A DNA stretch of 64,000 nucleotides from Akkermansiaceae bacterium (GTDB taxonomy: Bacteria; Verrucomicrobiota; Verrucomicrobiia; Verrucomicrobiales; Akkermansiaceae), in the NCBI GenBank assembly GCA_051251915.1, contig JBPOGF010000011.1, positions 78,212-142,211 of the forward strand, read 5' to 3'. Made by a program: the position numbers and the translations under genes. The notes below the pieces were generated by a model that searched no databases, was not told the DNA's origin, and saw nothing but the letters and a program-made list of their open reading frames with translations. Shown piece after piece: positions 49,699-61,129 of the stretch (position 1 is its first letter; each line of letters starts with the position of its first letter).

Positions 49699-50631
49699 AT
49701 GAGCCACTCTGATTCTCCAGAGCCCCCCAAGAAATCCCCCTTCCCCTTCATCTTTTCCAGGATAGTCCCAGCTATCGCAGTCGCCCTGTTTCTACTCATT
49801 GGCGTCACTGTGTTCACCATGGACTCCCCCACCGAGCCTAGCGTTCAAAACTTCCGTAACTGGCAAGAAACAGACGCCCCTTTCGGATACCCCATCCCAG
49901 GATCAAGCTCCACCTCCTCCTCTACCGAAAATGATACCACATCACCTCGGCAGAAATTTGACCCCCGCCTCCATTTTCACAGCCCCTGGGAACGCGCAGC
50001 TATCCCGCGCACTGAACAATTTGAAGCCGCCATGGGCTCAGAAACCTGGGCCTACACCTACAATGCTCAGCCATTCAACTCCCTCAACAAAAAGCGCGGC
50101 GGCAACCACAGCGGTGACGACATCAACGGCATCGGCGGACAAAACTCAGACCTAGCAGACCCCGTCTTCGCAGTCGCTAATGGCCTAGTAGTCTACATCG
50201 GCAACCCAAGCCCAGGCTGGGGAAACTGCATCGTCCTCGCCCATAGAACCCCAGATGGAAAAATCCTCCACAGCATGTACGCACACCTCCTCAGCACCCA
50301 CGTATCATACATGGAACAAATCCCCAGAGGCTACGTCATCGGCACTGTCGGCCAAGCAGACGTTGGCTATCTCGCACACCTTCACCTAGAAATGAGAGAA
50401 ACTGACGGCGTATCACCCTTCCTCAGCGGCTACCCATCATTAACCCAGCACGACAGACTAAACCCAACCCAAGTCATACAGAAATACATGGCTCAAGGAT
50501 CAAATATCTACAACCCATCCATCCTCGACGTAGCCCAAATCACACGCATAAGACCAGAGCTAGAAATGGATGTAGACTCAGCCAAGAACTACATGGAGTA
50601 CATGCTAAACGCACCAAAAACAGAGGAATAA
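49699..50631 (+). CDS. Membrane-anchored M23 family metallopeptidase
   Basis: HSGDD (HxxxD), GWGN, SMYAHL, HLHLE; N-terminal TM segment. Confidence 0.9.
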   Translation: MSHSDSPEPPKKSPFPFIFSRIVPAIAVALFLLIGVTVFTMDSPTEPSVQNFRNWQETDAPFGYPIPGSSSTSSSTENDTTSPRQKFDPRLHFHSPWERAAIPRTEQFEAAMGSETWAYTYNAQPFNSLNKKRGGNHSGDDINGIGGQNSDLADPVFAVANGLVVYIGNPSPGWGNCIVLAHRTPDGKILHSMYAHLLSTHVSYMEQIPRGYVIGTVGQADVGYLAHLHLEMRETDGVSPFLSGYPSLTQHDRLNPTQVIQKYMAQGSNIYNPSILDVAQITRIRPELEMDVDSAKNYMEYMLNAPKTEE

Positions 50632-50688
50632 TTCATCCCCCCGTCCTCTTAATTCTATAGTAGAAAACAAGCTTCTAGCTCTATCCTC

Positions 50689-51252
50689 CTAGCTCTCCCC
50701 CTTAGCACGCGGCTCAGCAGCCACAGTATCACAAGCACTTGAACTAGTAACAAAAGGCCCACCTTCCATCGGCGCTACTCCAGTAAACGCCACATCCGGC
50801 ATTTCAGTCGGCTTACCAGCAAGTGGAAATTCCTTTCTCAATGGATGATAAGGATAACCTTCCCACATCAAAATACGCTTGAGATTCGGGTGATCAGTAA
50901 AACGAATCCCCATCATATCATATACCTCGCGCTCATGCCAATCAGCTGTCGCCCAGATATCAGAAACAGTCACCACCTCCTCGTCCTCAGACACAGGAAC
51001 CTTGATGCGCAAGTGCTGCGAATCATCAAGAGTAGCCAACTCATACACAACCTCAAACCTCGGATCAACAGACTCATGGTCAACACTGCAAATATCTAAC
51101 AGCATCTCCAAATTAAGATGATCCCTGCAATACTGCATCACCGCTTTAACAGCATCCTTTTTTAAAACAACCGTATGCTCACCACGAAATTCCTTCGTGC
51201 TAATCACATATTCCCCGTAATGCTTCTGAATCTTTGTTACTAAATCACTCAT
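50689..51252 (-). CDS. nuoC: NADH-quinone oxidoreductase subunit C
   Basis: RFEVVY, ADWHEREVYDMMGIRF.DHPNLKRIL, HPLRKEFP. Confidence 0.94.
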   Translation of the reverse strand: MSDLVTKIQKHYGEYVISTKEFRGEHTVVLKKDAVKAVMQYCRDHLNLEMLLDICSVDHESVDPRFEVVYELATLDDSQHLRIKVPVSEDEEVVTVSDIWATADWHEREVYDMMGIRFTDHPNLKRILMWEGYPYHPLRKEFPLAGKPTEMPDVAFTGVAPMEGGPFVTSSSACDTVAAEPRAKGES

Positions 51253-51276
51253 GATCTGTTTCTTCTAATAAAATAA

Positions 51277-51855
51277 TTAAATTGCTAACCCCTTCACCAC
51301 TTCGTCCTCAGGCGTAGCCTTCAGCCCCTTAGTAGAATGCTCAGTGTCAATCTTCTCCTGCAACCTCATCAACCCCTCGATCAATGCCTCAGGACGCGGA
51401 GGACAACCAGAAATATAAACATCCACAGGGATCAATCTATCAATCCCCTGCAACGTTGCATAACTACGGAACATACCACCAGATGAAGCACACGCCCCCA
51501 TAGCAATACACCACTTAGGCTCAGGCATCTGATCCCACACACGCTTAACCGCAAGTGCCATCTTATAAGTCACCGTCCCAGAAACTATCATCACATCTGC
51601 CTGACGTGGAGAAAATCTCATCACCTCAGCACCAAATCTAGAAATATCAAAACGAGAAGAAGCCGTAGCCATCAACTCAATAGCACAACAAGCAAGACCC
51701 ATTGGCATCGGCCAGAGCGAGTTCTTACGCATCCAGTTAATAGCCGCGTCTACCTGCGTGACAATGATGTTACCCTCTACTTTAGAGTCATAAACAAAGT
51801 TAGTGAGATCTTTCGGATCTGTAGGAATTGCCTGTTCTGGGATTGGAGATACCAT
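51277..51855 (-). CDS. nuoB: NADH-quinone oxidoreductase subunit B
   Basis: [30 protein letters not shown]; start at ATG 51855. Confidence 0.96.
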   Translation of the reverse strand: MVSPIPEQAIPTDPKDLTNFVYDSKVEGNIIVTQVDAAINWMRKNSLWPMPMGLACCAIELMATASSRFDISRFGAEVMRFSPRQADVMIVSGTVTYKMALAVKRVWDQMPEPKWCIAMGACASSGGMFRSYATLQGIDRLIPVDVYISGCPPRPEALIEGLMRLQEKIDTEHSTKGLKATPEDEVVKGLAI

Positions 51856-51878
51856 AAATGTAAATTGTTGTTGGCGGC

Positions 51879-51961
51879 ATACTAACCAGGCTAAAGGCAT
51901 TCTCAAGCCTAAATCTCTGATACTTTCAAATCTTGCACATTCAAGAATCCAAAGACATAAT
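51879..51961. promoter_or_regulatory. Back-to-back putative promoters for nuoB (-) and pgsA-der (+)
   Basis: Minus TTGAGA-16-TAGTAT-GCCGCC (51906-51879); plus TTGCAC-17-CATAAT (51933-51961). Confidence 0.55.
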
Positions 51962-51981
51962 CCCTCCACATTCCCTACCAC

Positions 51982-52551
51982 ATGAGTCCAGCCAACATCG
52001 TCACCTTCATACGCATACTACTTATCCCCGTCTTCGCGGTGCTAGCTATCCGCTATGGAGCGTCGATCAAAGCCGGAAACCCCCAAGAACTCCTCCGCTG
52101 GCTCTCCCTCACCGCCTTCATCCTAGCAGCCGCAGGCGATGGCCTAGACGGATACCTCGCCAGAAAATACGGTAAAACCAAGCTCGGCGCCTTCCTAGAC
52201 CCCCTCTGTGACAAAGTCCTCATGCTAGTCGGCCTCATCGTCCTTAGCCAAGTCTCCTGGAGCACCCACGGCTGGGTCATCCCCACCTGGTATGTCGTCA
52301 TGGTTGTAGCTCGTGACGTCTCCATCGCCACCGGCTGCGTCTTCGTCCTACTCAGCGGCAAAAAACTAGAAGTCAATACCAACTGGAGCGGAAAAGCCAC
52401 CACCACCGTTCAGTTGTTTACATTAGGCTGGGTCATGCTAAAGGTAGTTCCATTCAGCCCACTGGTACCCACAGTAGTAGCCGCCGTCTTCACCCTCTGG
52501 TCATCATGGTTCTATGTCCGCGAAGCCCTCCGCCAGCTACAGCCAGAATAA
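51982..52551 (+). CDS. pgsA: CDP-alcohol phosphatidyltransferase (PgsA-like)
   Basis: [19 protein letters not shown]...[10 protein letters not shown] signature. Confidence 0.85.
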   Translation: MSPANIVTFIRILLIPVFAVLAIRYGASIKAGNPQELLRWLSLTAFILAAAGDGLDGYLARKYGKTKLGAFLDPLCDKVLMLVGLIVLSQVSWSTHGWVIPTWYVVMVVARDVSIATGCVFVLLSGKKLEVNTNWSGKATTTVQLFTLGWVMLKVVPFSPLVPTVVAAVFTLWSSWFYVREALRQLQPE

Positions 52552-52598
52552 CCACTCTGAATAAAAATTTCATCACCAAAACAACTTCAACAAACATC

Positions 52599-53981
52599 AT
52601 GATCAACATCGCCATCGTAGGACGCCCAAATGTAGGCAAGTCCGCCATCTTCAATCGCCTCGCTGCCCGCAAAATTGCCATCGTTCACGATCAGCCAGGA
52701 GTCACCCGTGACCGCATCGCCGCACCATGCGCCATGACAGAAACCCCTTGCACCATCATCGACACCGGCGGAATCGGAGCCAAACTCGATGACGGATTCC
52801 TAGACCAAGTCACCGTCGAGGCTGACATCGCCATGGACACCGCAGACCTCATCCTCTTCGTAGTTGATTCCCGAGAAGGCCTCAGCCACATCGAAACCGA
52901 ACTCGCCCACAAGCTCCGCAAAGCCAAGCACCCCATCATCCTACTCCTCAACAAAGCCGACCACGTAGAACAAGAAGCCCAGCTAGGTGACTTCTCACGC
53001 ATGGGATTCGGAGCTGGACTCCCTGTCTCAGCTGAACACGGACGCGGATTCCATGATCTCATCGAACAGATCGAAAACGTCATCCAACCTATCGCTGCCG
53101 AGCGCGCAGAAAAAATAGCAGACGCAGAAGAACACGTCGCCAAAACCGGCCTAAAAATTGCCATTGTCGGTAAACCAAATGCCGGTAAATCATCACTCAT
53201 CAACGCCATCCTCAAAGACGAACGCACCATCGTCTCAGAAATCGCAGGCACCACGCGTGACGCTGTCGACGTCCCATACGAATACGGAAATGAACTCCAC
53301 ACCCTCATCGATACCGCAGGCCTCAGACAACGTTCAAAAATGGACACCTCCGTCGAAGTTTTCTCCGCCATGCGCACAGAAAGATCCATCCGCCGCTCAG
53401 ACATCTGCCTCCTAGTCATCGACCTAGAAGCCGGAATCTCAGCCATGGACAGAAAGATCGCCCAGACCATCCAAAAAGAACATAAACCCTGCCTCATTAT
53501 CCTCAACAAATGGGACCTCTTCCACCCAGGAATGCAGCGCTCAGAAAGATTAGAACTCGCAGAAAAACAAATCCGCACAGATCTCTTCTTCCTCTCCTAC
53601 GCACCCTTCGCAGCAGTTTCAGCCAAAAAAGGCCAGCACATCAGCCAAGTCTTCGGCCAACTCACTAAAATCCGCGAAGCATCCAAAGAAACCATCACCA
53701 CAGGAGCACTCAACCGCCTCCTCCAAGACGCCTTCGAACTCAAGCCACCAAGCATCCACAAAAAATTCCGCAAGCGCGTCAAACTCCTATACGCCACAGC
53801 CGTAGTAAACGATAACTACACCGCCATCCCCGTCCCATCCTACATCCTCTTCGTGAACGACAAGCGCCTCATGCAAGAAAACTACGAGCAATATCTCTCC
53901 AACAGAATCCGCGAGAAATACTACGCCCCAGCCATCCCTATCGTCTTCTCTGTTAGATCCAGAAACAGATCAAAATCATAA
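52599..53981 (+). CDS. der: Ribosome biogenesis GTPase Der/EngA
   Basis: Two G-domains (GRPNVGKS/GVTRD/DTGG; GKPNAGKS/GTTRD/DTAG); start at ATG 52599. Confidence 0.96.
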   Translation: MINIAIVGRPNVGKSAIFNRLAARKIAIVHDQPGVTRDRIAAPCAMTETPCTIIDTGGIGAKLDDGFLDQVTVEADIAMDTADLILFVVDSREGLSHIETELAHKLRKAKHPIILLLNKADHVEQEAQLGDFSRMGFGAGLPVSAEHGRGFHDLIEQIENVIQPIAAERAEKIADAEEHVAKTGLKIAIVGKPNAGKSSLINAILKDERTIVSEIAGTTRDAVDVPYEYGNELHTLIDTAGLRQRSKMDTSVEVFSAMRTERSIRRSDICLLVIDLEAGISAMDRKIAQTIQKEHKPCLIILNKWDLFHPGMQRSERLELAEKQIRTDLFFLSYAPFAAVSAKKGQHISQVFGQLTKIREASKETITTGALNRLLQDAFELKPPSIHKKFRKRVKLLYATAVVNDNYTAIPVPSYILFVNDKRLMQENYEQYLSNRIREKYYAPAIPIVFSVRSRNRSKS

Positions 53982-54008
53982 TTTTTACAGCTTCAACTGC
54001 GATAAGAG

Positions 54009-54716
54009 GTGCACTACTGGAATCAGGATAACTTTGAAGGGCTAATAGATCTAGCCTCAGAGTTTTCCTCAACTCCTGAACTGAGTCTTCTCGCTGTATA
54101 TTGCGAACTCAGAGAAAAAGGCGTCCGACCAAAAGCATTCACTGCGCTAGATCAATTCATTAAAAATACTCTAAAACTCAAAACACAAGAGCAACGTAAA
54201 ATCGTCCTCAAAATTTTAGAAGCTGATGCTCGCACACCATCAGCTCATCAATTTCTAACTCACCCCATCTTAACAAAGTTAATTTTTCCAGTACTAAGTG
54301 ACTGGCTCACTGAATCACCCCAATCCTGTGAAGCTCTGAGATGGCTTGGACTCCTTAAATCCGAGTTAAATTATCTAGAGGACGCCCTCAAACTAAACCC
54401 TGCTGACTCTCCTGTTCGTAGAAGATTAATAATAATCGAACTAGATTACGTCGATTACGCTACTCACCACCTTGACGAATCAATACTTTTATTCCCTATC
54501 AAAAACTGTCGAGATAGCCTAAAACGAGTTAGAGAACTACTCCTACATCAACAAACAAATCAGCTTTTTAATGACCTTTCTATCGAGTGCAATAGATACA
54601 CATCTATCTTAGATGACTGGGAATTATACAATAAATCTAACCATAATTGCTTCCCAACATGGTGTGAAGAAAATGACCGCACTCATCAATGGATCACCAA
54701 AGTATATTACCAATAA
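54009..54716 (+). CDS. Hypothetical helical protein
   Basis: 235-aa ORF with GTG start; more T-ending codons than neighbouring genes. Confidence 0.7.
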   Translation: MHYWNQDNFEGLIDLASEFSSTPELSLLAVYCELREKGVRPKAFTALDQFIKNTLKLKTQEQRKIVLKILEADARTPSAHQFLTHPILTKLIFPVLSDWLTESPQSCEALRWLGLLKSELNYLEDALKLNPADSPVRRRLIIIELDYVDYATHHLDESILLFPIKNCRDSLKRVRELLLHQQTNQLFNDLSIECNRYTSILDDWELYNKSNHNCFPTWCEENDRTHQWITKVYYQ

Positions 54717-54787
54717 TCCCTTCTTAATCGCAACAATAGTCTTTTTTAACCTAATCGCCACCTTAACTAGCTCTCTCCATTATTTAA

Positions 54788-55255
54788 GTGCTCAAAATTT
54801 CACAAAAACTAATCGTTCTGACCCTGCTCACAATAGCATGGATAGCAACCATAGTAAGCTACTTGTCCATCAAAGCTAAGTATTCCGGAATTGAACACTG
54901 GCCATCAGTACCAGCAACGATAATAGAAAACACCTCTGAAACAGTCACCAAGCGAGTTGATTCCGAATATTACGGAACCAAATACTACAAAACTAGAATC
55001 GGTAAAGTCACCTTCGAATACACAGTGAATAATCAAAAATACCTAGCTGAAAGAGCTAGCCCAAATCACTCCTACCTGTACGAAAACACTGACACAGCTA
55101 ACCCCACAGCCTACTACAACCCTAAAAATAATAACATAGCCGTCTTAATTAATGAAAAGTATGACGGAGAAATGCTCCTCGGATTAATATTTACGATCCC
55201 AATGTTTACAATAGCATTTTGGCTTATCATGCACTGTATCTTTCGCACATGGTAA
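54788..55255 (+). CDS. DUF3592-like membrane protein
   Basis: TM-WPSVPATI...FEYTVNNQKY...YYNPKN-TM architecture. Confidence 0.75.
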   Translation: MLKISQKLIVLTLLTIAWIATIVSYLSIKAKYSGIEHWPSVPATIIENTSETVTKRVDSEYYGTKYYKTRIGKVTFEYTVNNQKYLAERASPNHSYLYENTDTANPTAYYNPKNNNIAVLINEKYDGEMLLGLIFTIPMFTIAFWLIMHCIFRTW

Positions 55256-55338
55256 GATTAGCCAACCAAAAAAAATAACCTAGAAACTTAATCCTAGGCT
55301 ATTGAAATTTTTCTTTTTAAGGAATCGAATTGAGAGAA

Positions 55339-55710
55339 CTATTCCTCTTCAGGAACATACTCAGGAAATACCAGAATCCGCTCCCCTGGCTTACTCCACT
55401 TCAACCGCTCCCTTGCTTTAATCTCCAAATACCTCGGATCTTGCTGAATCGCTCTATGCTCTCTATCAGCACTATCTTTTGCTTCAGCAGCAATACGCAA
55501 CTTCTCCTGCCAAACAGTGTTGTAGGTCTCTTCTAACTCATCAGATTGTGACAAGCTAGGTAAAGCAGTTACTGGTAATATGGCACAGAGCGCAACGACT
55601 AACAGGCAAAACGCAAGCCTGTTCACCGTATTCATCTGCGCATTTCTGGTGCGCAGACGTTGATGGCGAACATATAGCTTGCGTAGTTGATCTGTATCTT
55701 TTTGGCTCAT
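55339..55710 (-). CDS. Septum formation initiator family protein (FtsB/DivIC-like)
   Basis: TM + coiled coil + DPRYLEIKARERL...PGE; lies downstream of eno, as ftsB commonly does. Confidence 0.8.
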   Translation of the reverse strand: MSQKDTDQLRKLYVRHQRLRTRNAQMNTVNRLAFCLLVVALCAILPVTALPSLSQSDELEETYNTVWQEKLRIAAEAKDSADREHRAIQQDPRYLEIKARERLKWSKPGERILVFPEYVPEEE

Positions 55711-55755
55711 TTTGCCAGAGGTTCTTGAGGGTTAAAACCTAAGATACCTTAAATG

Positions 55756-57051
<1,296 letters not shown>

Positions 57052-57057
57052 TTAAAT

Positions 57058-58872
57058 TTATGCTTTGTAAGCCTTGATTGCTTTCACCGTCATCGGGTTC
57101 TTAACCACTTCTACAGTATCACCTACAGTTGCACCAAGCAGAGATTGTGCCATTTCTGAAAGATAAGAAATTACATCGTTGTCTGGATCTGAATCCCATG
57201 CACCTAAAATGGTCATGACCTTCTCCTCGCCACTAGCATCAAGCGTAACCACAGTTCCAATTTTAACAGCATCTGGCTCAATATCAGCAAAGTCAGTTCC
57301 CTGAACATTACCTAGCGCTTTTTCGTGATCTGCCTTTCTTCGCATGAGAACTTTCTGGTTATCCTTAGCCATATGATATTCAGCATTCTCCCGAAGATCA
57401 CCATATGATTTAGCAATCTTAATGTCCTCACGGTTCTGTGGAATCTGGTTATCGACGATGTCTTTGTATTCCGCCTTACGCTTATCAATACTGTCCCAAG
57501 AAGAAATCACATCATTACTAGATGTCTCCGCTTCACCAGTCACAAGATCTTGTGTCTCAGGTGCAGCCTTGATGACTCTAGCCATTAGAGATTTTCTATC
57601 CAACTCAGGGAAAATCTGCCCTTGGTGAAGTTTACGGCCGAAGTTTTTAGCCTCATTGCCATCTGCATCACTAAGCAAATCAGCAATCAGTTCCTTGTCT
57701 TCCATGAAATACGTCTGGAGGCGTGAACTCTTGCGCGGTCCATCATCCATAGCATCTCTTTCAAGCAAGCTCAGAATAGCATTACCCACTTCGTGATCAA
57801 AAATTGGCTCAGCCAGCTTCTGACGCTCACGGCAGATCCACAACAATGAATCTGGCCCTAATGTTCTACCTGTGATATGCGTTCTTAAGAAAACATAAAG
57901 GTAGTCGCTCTTCTCTTCTTCAATAAGAAGCTTCGCGATCTCAGCAAGCCCTCGTGGCCCCACTGTATCGAAGATACCTAAAATTTCCTTCACCCACGTA
58001 TCACCAAATGCAACCGGATACGCTTCAAATACTTTGCGCTGACGAGCAGCAGGCAGAGAACCTAGCTCATCACCTATCTTTCCACTTTCGGTTTGAATCA
58101 GGTCGCTGAGTCGTAACGCTGAATCTTCCAGAACAAGGTTATCAGAAACCTCCATCAAGTCATCTCTCCCTACTAGTAAATCGAGTGCTTGACCAAGATG
58201 TAGTTTGATCCCTTTCCTCACAGTCGCATCAATGTCTGAAGCTATCTTAGCTTGAGCTTCTGGATCATCTTTAACGTGTGAGAAATCTTTAATAATCGCT
58301 TCCAACGCACGCGCCTTAGTCTTCAAATCTTTTGCCTCGAAGAAATCTGAAACAAGCGACTCACCAGGGGTAAGGTTTTCATCGCGGAGCACCAATGGCT
58401 CAGTTCTCTTAGTAGGCACTACTGCTGCGCGGCTTTCTCTGAGAGCTTTCTTTGCTCCCTCCCACCACTTTTTATAATCTGCTTCCGGAATCACTGAACC
58501 TATCAGTTCACGTTCCAGCTGATCCAACTTCAGCGTTCCGCCAAGGCTCTTCAAAATTCTAACAACAAGCTCAACAGGGTTCTCCTTTACCAGACCTCTA
58601 AGCTCAGACATTGACTCCAGCTTCTGTGCGCGGAAATGAGATTCATCAAGAACCTCTGTCTTCTGAAGCGCGAACTTAAGACCCATTTCTTGATCTTCAT
58701 TCTGTTCAAAATCAATCACGATCTTACCGCCTTGAAGGTCCCATGTCTTGACCTTCCCCGCTCCCCAGTTCTTGTGTAGGCAGAATTTACCAGGTGCAAG
58801 TTGGGACAATCTCTCTCCGACTTCTTTTGAAATCCGGCCAGCTTCTACTAATTTGACTACGTCAGGGTGCAT
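57058..58872 (-). CDS. greA: GreA-family transcription elongation factor with a long N-terminal extension
   Basis: C-terminal AKSYGDLRENAEY, TILGAWDSD, ISYLS; about 450-aa extra N-terminus; start at ATG 58872. Confidence 0.85.
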   Translation of the reverse strand: MHPDVVKLVEAGRISKEVGERLSQLAPGKFCLHKNWGAGKVKTWDLQGGKIVIDFEQNEDQEMGLKFALQKTEVLDESHFRAQKLESMSELRGLVKENPVELVVRILKSLGGTLKLDQLERELIGSVIPEADYKKWWEGAKKALRESRAAVVPTKRTEPLVLRDENLTPGESLVSDFFEAKDLKTKARALEAIIKDFSHVKDDPEAQAKIASDIDATVRKGIKLHLGQALDLLVGRDDLMEVSDNLVLEDSALRLSDLIQTESGKIGDELGSLPAARQRKVFEAYPVAFGDTWVKEILGIFDTVGPRGLAEIAKLLIEEEKSDYLYVFLRTHITGRTLGPDSLLWICRERQKLAEPIFDHEVGNAILSLLERDAMDDGPRKSSRLQTYFMEDKELIADLLSDADGNEAKNFGRKLHQGQIFPELDRKSLMARVIKAAPETQDLVTGEAETSSNDVISSWDSIDKRKAEYKDIVDNQIPQNREDIKIAKSYGDLRENAEYHMAKDNQKVLMRRKADHEKALGNVQGTDFADIEPDAVKIGTVVTLDASGEEKVMTILGAWDSDPDNDVISYLSEMAQSLLGATVGDTVEVVKNPMTVKAIKAYKA

Positions 58873-59004
58873 CCATGTAGCCTCTAAAAAAAATGCACAA
58901 TTTGCAAGGTAATAGCAGATTTTTTTCGACCTATCAAGCAAAGATTAACCTTCAAAAACAACTTCACTCTTTAGATCACTGTTTCACAGCGACTTGGAAT
59001 TCGA

Positions 59005-60993
59005 TCACTCGAGTGAAAATTCAGTCTCGTCTCCAAAGTCTTTAGGAGCCCTCACCACACGATCCACGCCATGCTTAGTCACGATGTTTCCTTTTGCTGC
59101 ACGCCCCTTCACCGCTATCTCTCCAAACTGGAATGGCCGCGCCAAATTACGCAACCTAAGCGCAGGCTTCAGATGCACAATGAGCAAATTATTGCCACTG
59201 TCTTCCTCCGAATCATGCACTGCAAAGTACATGATCCGAGTGCCCTTGGTCCCCTTTGTGAGTTCATATTCCTTATCACGTGTAATCCCTCCTATCTTGA
59301 AACGCTTCGCAAACAATGACCCATCTCTTCCATCACGATAAATCATCGAGTAAATCTTCTCCTCATCCTTTCGCAAAATCGAGATATGAAGCGGACGCTT
59401 ACCGACAAATAACTTCTCCGCTACTTTCATCACTTTAAGCTTCCCATCATTTGTAAACACCACCACATCGTCAAGCTGCGAACATTTCTCCACAGCCTCT
59501 TCTTTCTTCAGTCCCCACCCAGCAAAACCATTTTTACTATCCAGATACAACACCTCATTAGCCATCACCACTTGAGTTCTGTCTACCTTTTCAAATTCAC
59601 TAACCTCAGTTTTACGCTCCTTACCCTTGCCAAACTTCTTCTTCAGATCCTCAAAATACTTAATTGTATAACGTGTGAGATTGCGCAGATTCTTCTCCAC
59701 CTCCTCTATCGCCTCTTCAAGACTCCTAATCGCCTCATCAGCCTTAAAACTATCGAACTTAGAAATCCGCTTAATTTTAATTTCTGTTAGTCTAACAATA
59801 TCCTCCTCAGTCACCTCGCGAATAAGCACTTTCTTAAATGGCTCCAACCCTTTATCAATAGCTTCAATCACAGCTTCCCAAGTCTCACATTCTTCAATAT
59901 CTCGGTAGATCCTATTCTCAATAAAGATTTTCTCTAGCGAACTAAAATGCCACTTATTCTGTAACTCACCAAGCTTAATCTCAAGCTCCATCTTGATCAG
60001 TTCCTTGGTCAGATGGGTGTTATGCCTAAGAATATCAGACACACCCATAAAGCTAGGTTTACCCTCGATGATCACACATGAGTTCGGAGAAATACTCACC
60101 TCACAATCTGTGAATCCATAAAGCGCATCTCGACTCATCTCCGGATCAGAACCCGCTGGCAAATGCACCAAAATATCTGCAACTGCCGCCGTATTATCCT
60201 CAATCCTAGTGATCTTGATTTTACCCTTCTCATTCGCATTCACGATGTTGTCCATCAGTCCACCAGTAGTCACACCAAATGGCACCTCCGAGATACGCAG
60301 AAGACGCTTACTCTCCACACTGATCTTCGCTCTAACTCGCACTTTCCCCCCACGAACACCATCATTATAATTACTCGCATCCATCACCCCTCCAGTTGGG
60401 AAATCTGGCAACAACTCAAAAGGTTGCTTACGTAATACAGCAATACAACCATCGATCACTTCAATGAAGTTATGTGGCAAAATTTTACAAGCCAAGCCCA
60501 CAGCAATCCCCTCCACACCTTGCGTAAGAAGCAATGGAAACTTCATTGGCAGAGCAACTGGTTCCTTATTACGCCCATCATAACTGGCAGTCCATTCAGT
60601 CGTCTTAGGATCAAATGTAATAGCATTGGCAAAAGCAGTCAGACGCGCCTCAATGTAGCGTGGCGCTGCTGCTCTGTCACCAGTCAGCACATTTCCCCAG
60701 TTACCCTGGGTATCAATCATTAGATCTTTCTGCCCCAGCCACACCATCGCATCTCCAATACTAGCGTCACCATGCGGGTGATACTTCATGGTATTCCCTA
60801 CCACATTTGCGACCTTATTATAGCGGCCGTCATCCATTTCGTTGAGTGAGTGCAAGATCCGTCTCTGCACAGGCTTCAGCCCATCATTCACATGCGGTAC
60901 AGCTCTCTCCAAGATTACATAACTCGCATAATCGAGGAAATAATCTGAATACATGTCCCGCAATGTCACCTCTGGCTTCTCTTCCTTACTCAT
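59005..60993 (-). CDS. parC: Type IIA topoisomerase subunit A, ParC type
   Basis: DGLKPVQRRI, YHPHGDASI, catalytic AAPRYIEARL; short C-terminal domain with no recognisable GyrA-box. Confidence 0.8.
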   Translation of the reverse strand: MSKEEKPEVTLRDMYSDYFLDYASYVILERAVPHVNDGLKPVQRRILHSLNEMDDGRYNKVANVVGNTMKYHPHGDASIGDAMVWLGQKDLMIDTQGNWGNVLTGDRAAAPRYIEARLTAFANAITFDPKTTEWTASYDGRNKEPVALPMKFPLLLTQGVEGIAVGLACKILPHNFIEVIDGCIAVLRKQPFELLPDFPTGGVMDASNYNDGVRGGKVRVRAKISVESKRLLRISEVPFGVTTGGLMDNIVNANEKGKIKITRIEDNTAAVADILVHLPAGSDPEMSRDALYGFTDCEVSISPNSCVIIEGKPSFMGVSDILRHNTHLTKELIKMELEIKLGELQNKWHFSSLEKIFIENRIYRDIEECETWEAVIEAIDKGLEPFKKVLIREVTEEDIVRLTEIKIKRISKFDSFKADEAIRSLEEAIEEVEKNLRNLTRYTIKYFEDLKKKFGKGKERKTEVSEFEKVDRTQVVMANEVLYLDSKNGFAGWGLKKEEAVEKCSQLDDVVVFTNDGKLKVMKVAEKLFVGKRPLHISILRKDEEKIYSMIYRDGRDGSLFAKRFKIGGITRDKEYELTKGTKGTRIMYFAVHDSEEDSGNNLLIVHLKPALRLRNLARPFQFGEIAVKGRAAKGNIVTKHGVDRVVRAPKDFGDETEFSLE

Positions 60994-61093
60994 AAATAAT
61001 TACTTAGCTTTCATTAACTATCCGCCCTCAGCAAAAACAGTCAAGCACAGAGTAAATCTTTCACGAATATCACGACAGTCATTCATTTGAGGT

Positions 61094-61122
61094 TTGCGTA
61101 ACCCATCATTCCCCACTAGTTT
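61094..61122 (+). promoter_or_regulatory. Putative leaderless promoter
   Basis: TTGCGT-17-TAGTTT, 7 nt before ATG 61130. Confidence 0.55.
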
Positions 61123-61129
61123 AAAAATT

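Noticed and set aside
52691..53578. 295-aa antisense ORF inside der, and similar His/Pro-rich or Val/Gly-rich ORFs opposite other genes
   Set aside because: Explained by the biased codon usage of the real gene, which removes stops from the opposite frame; no motifs.
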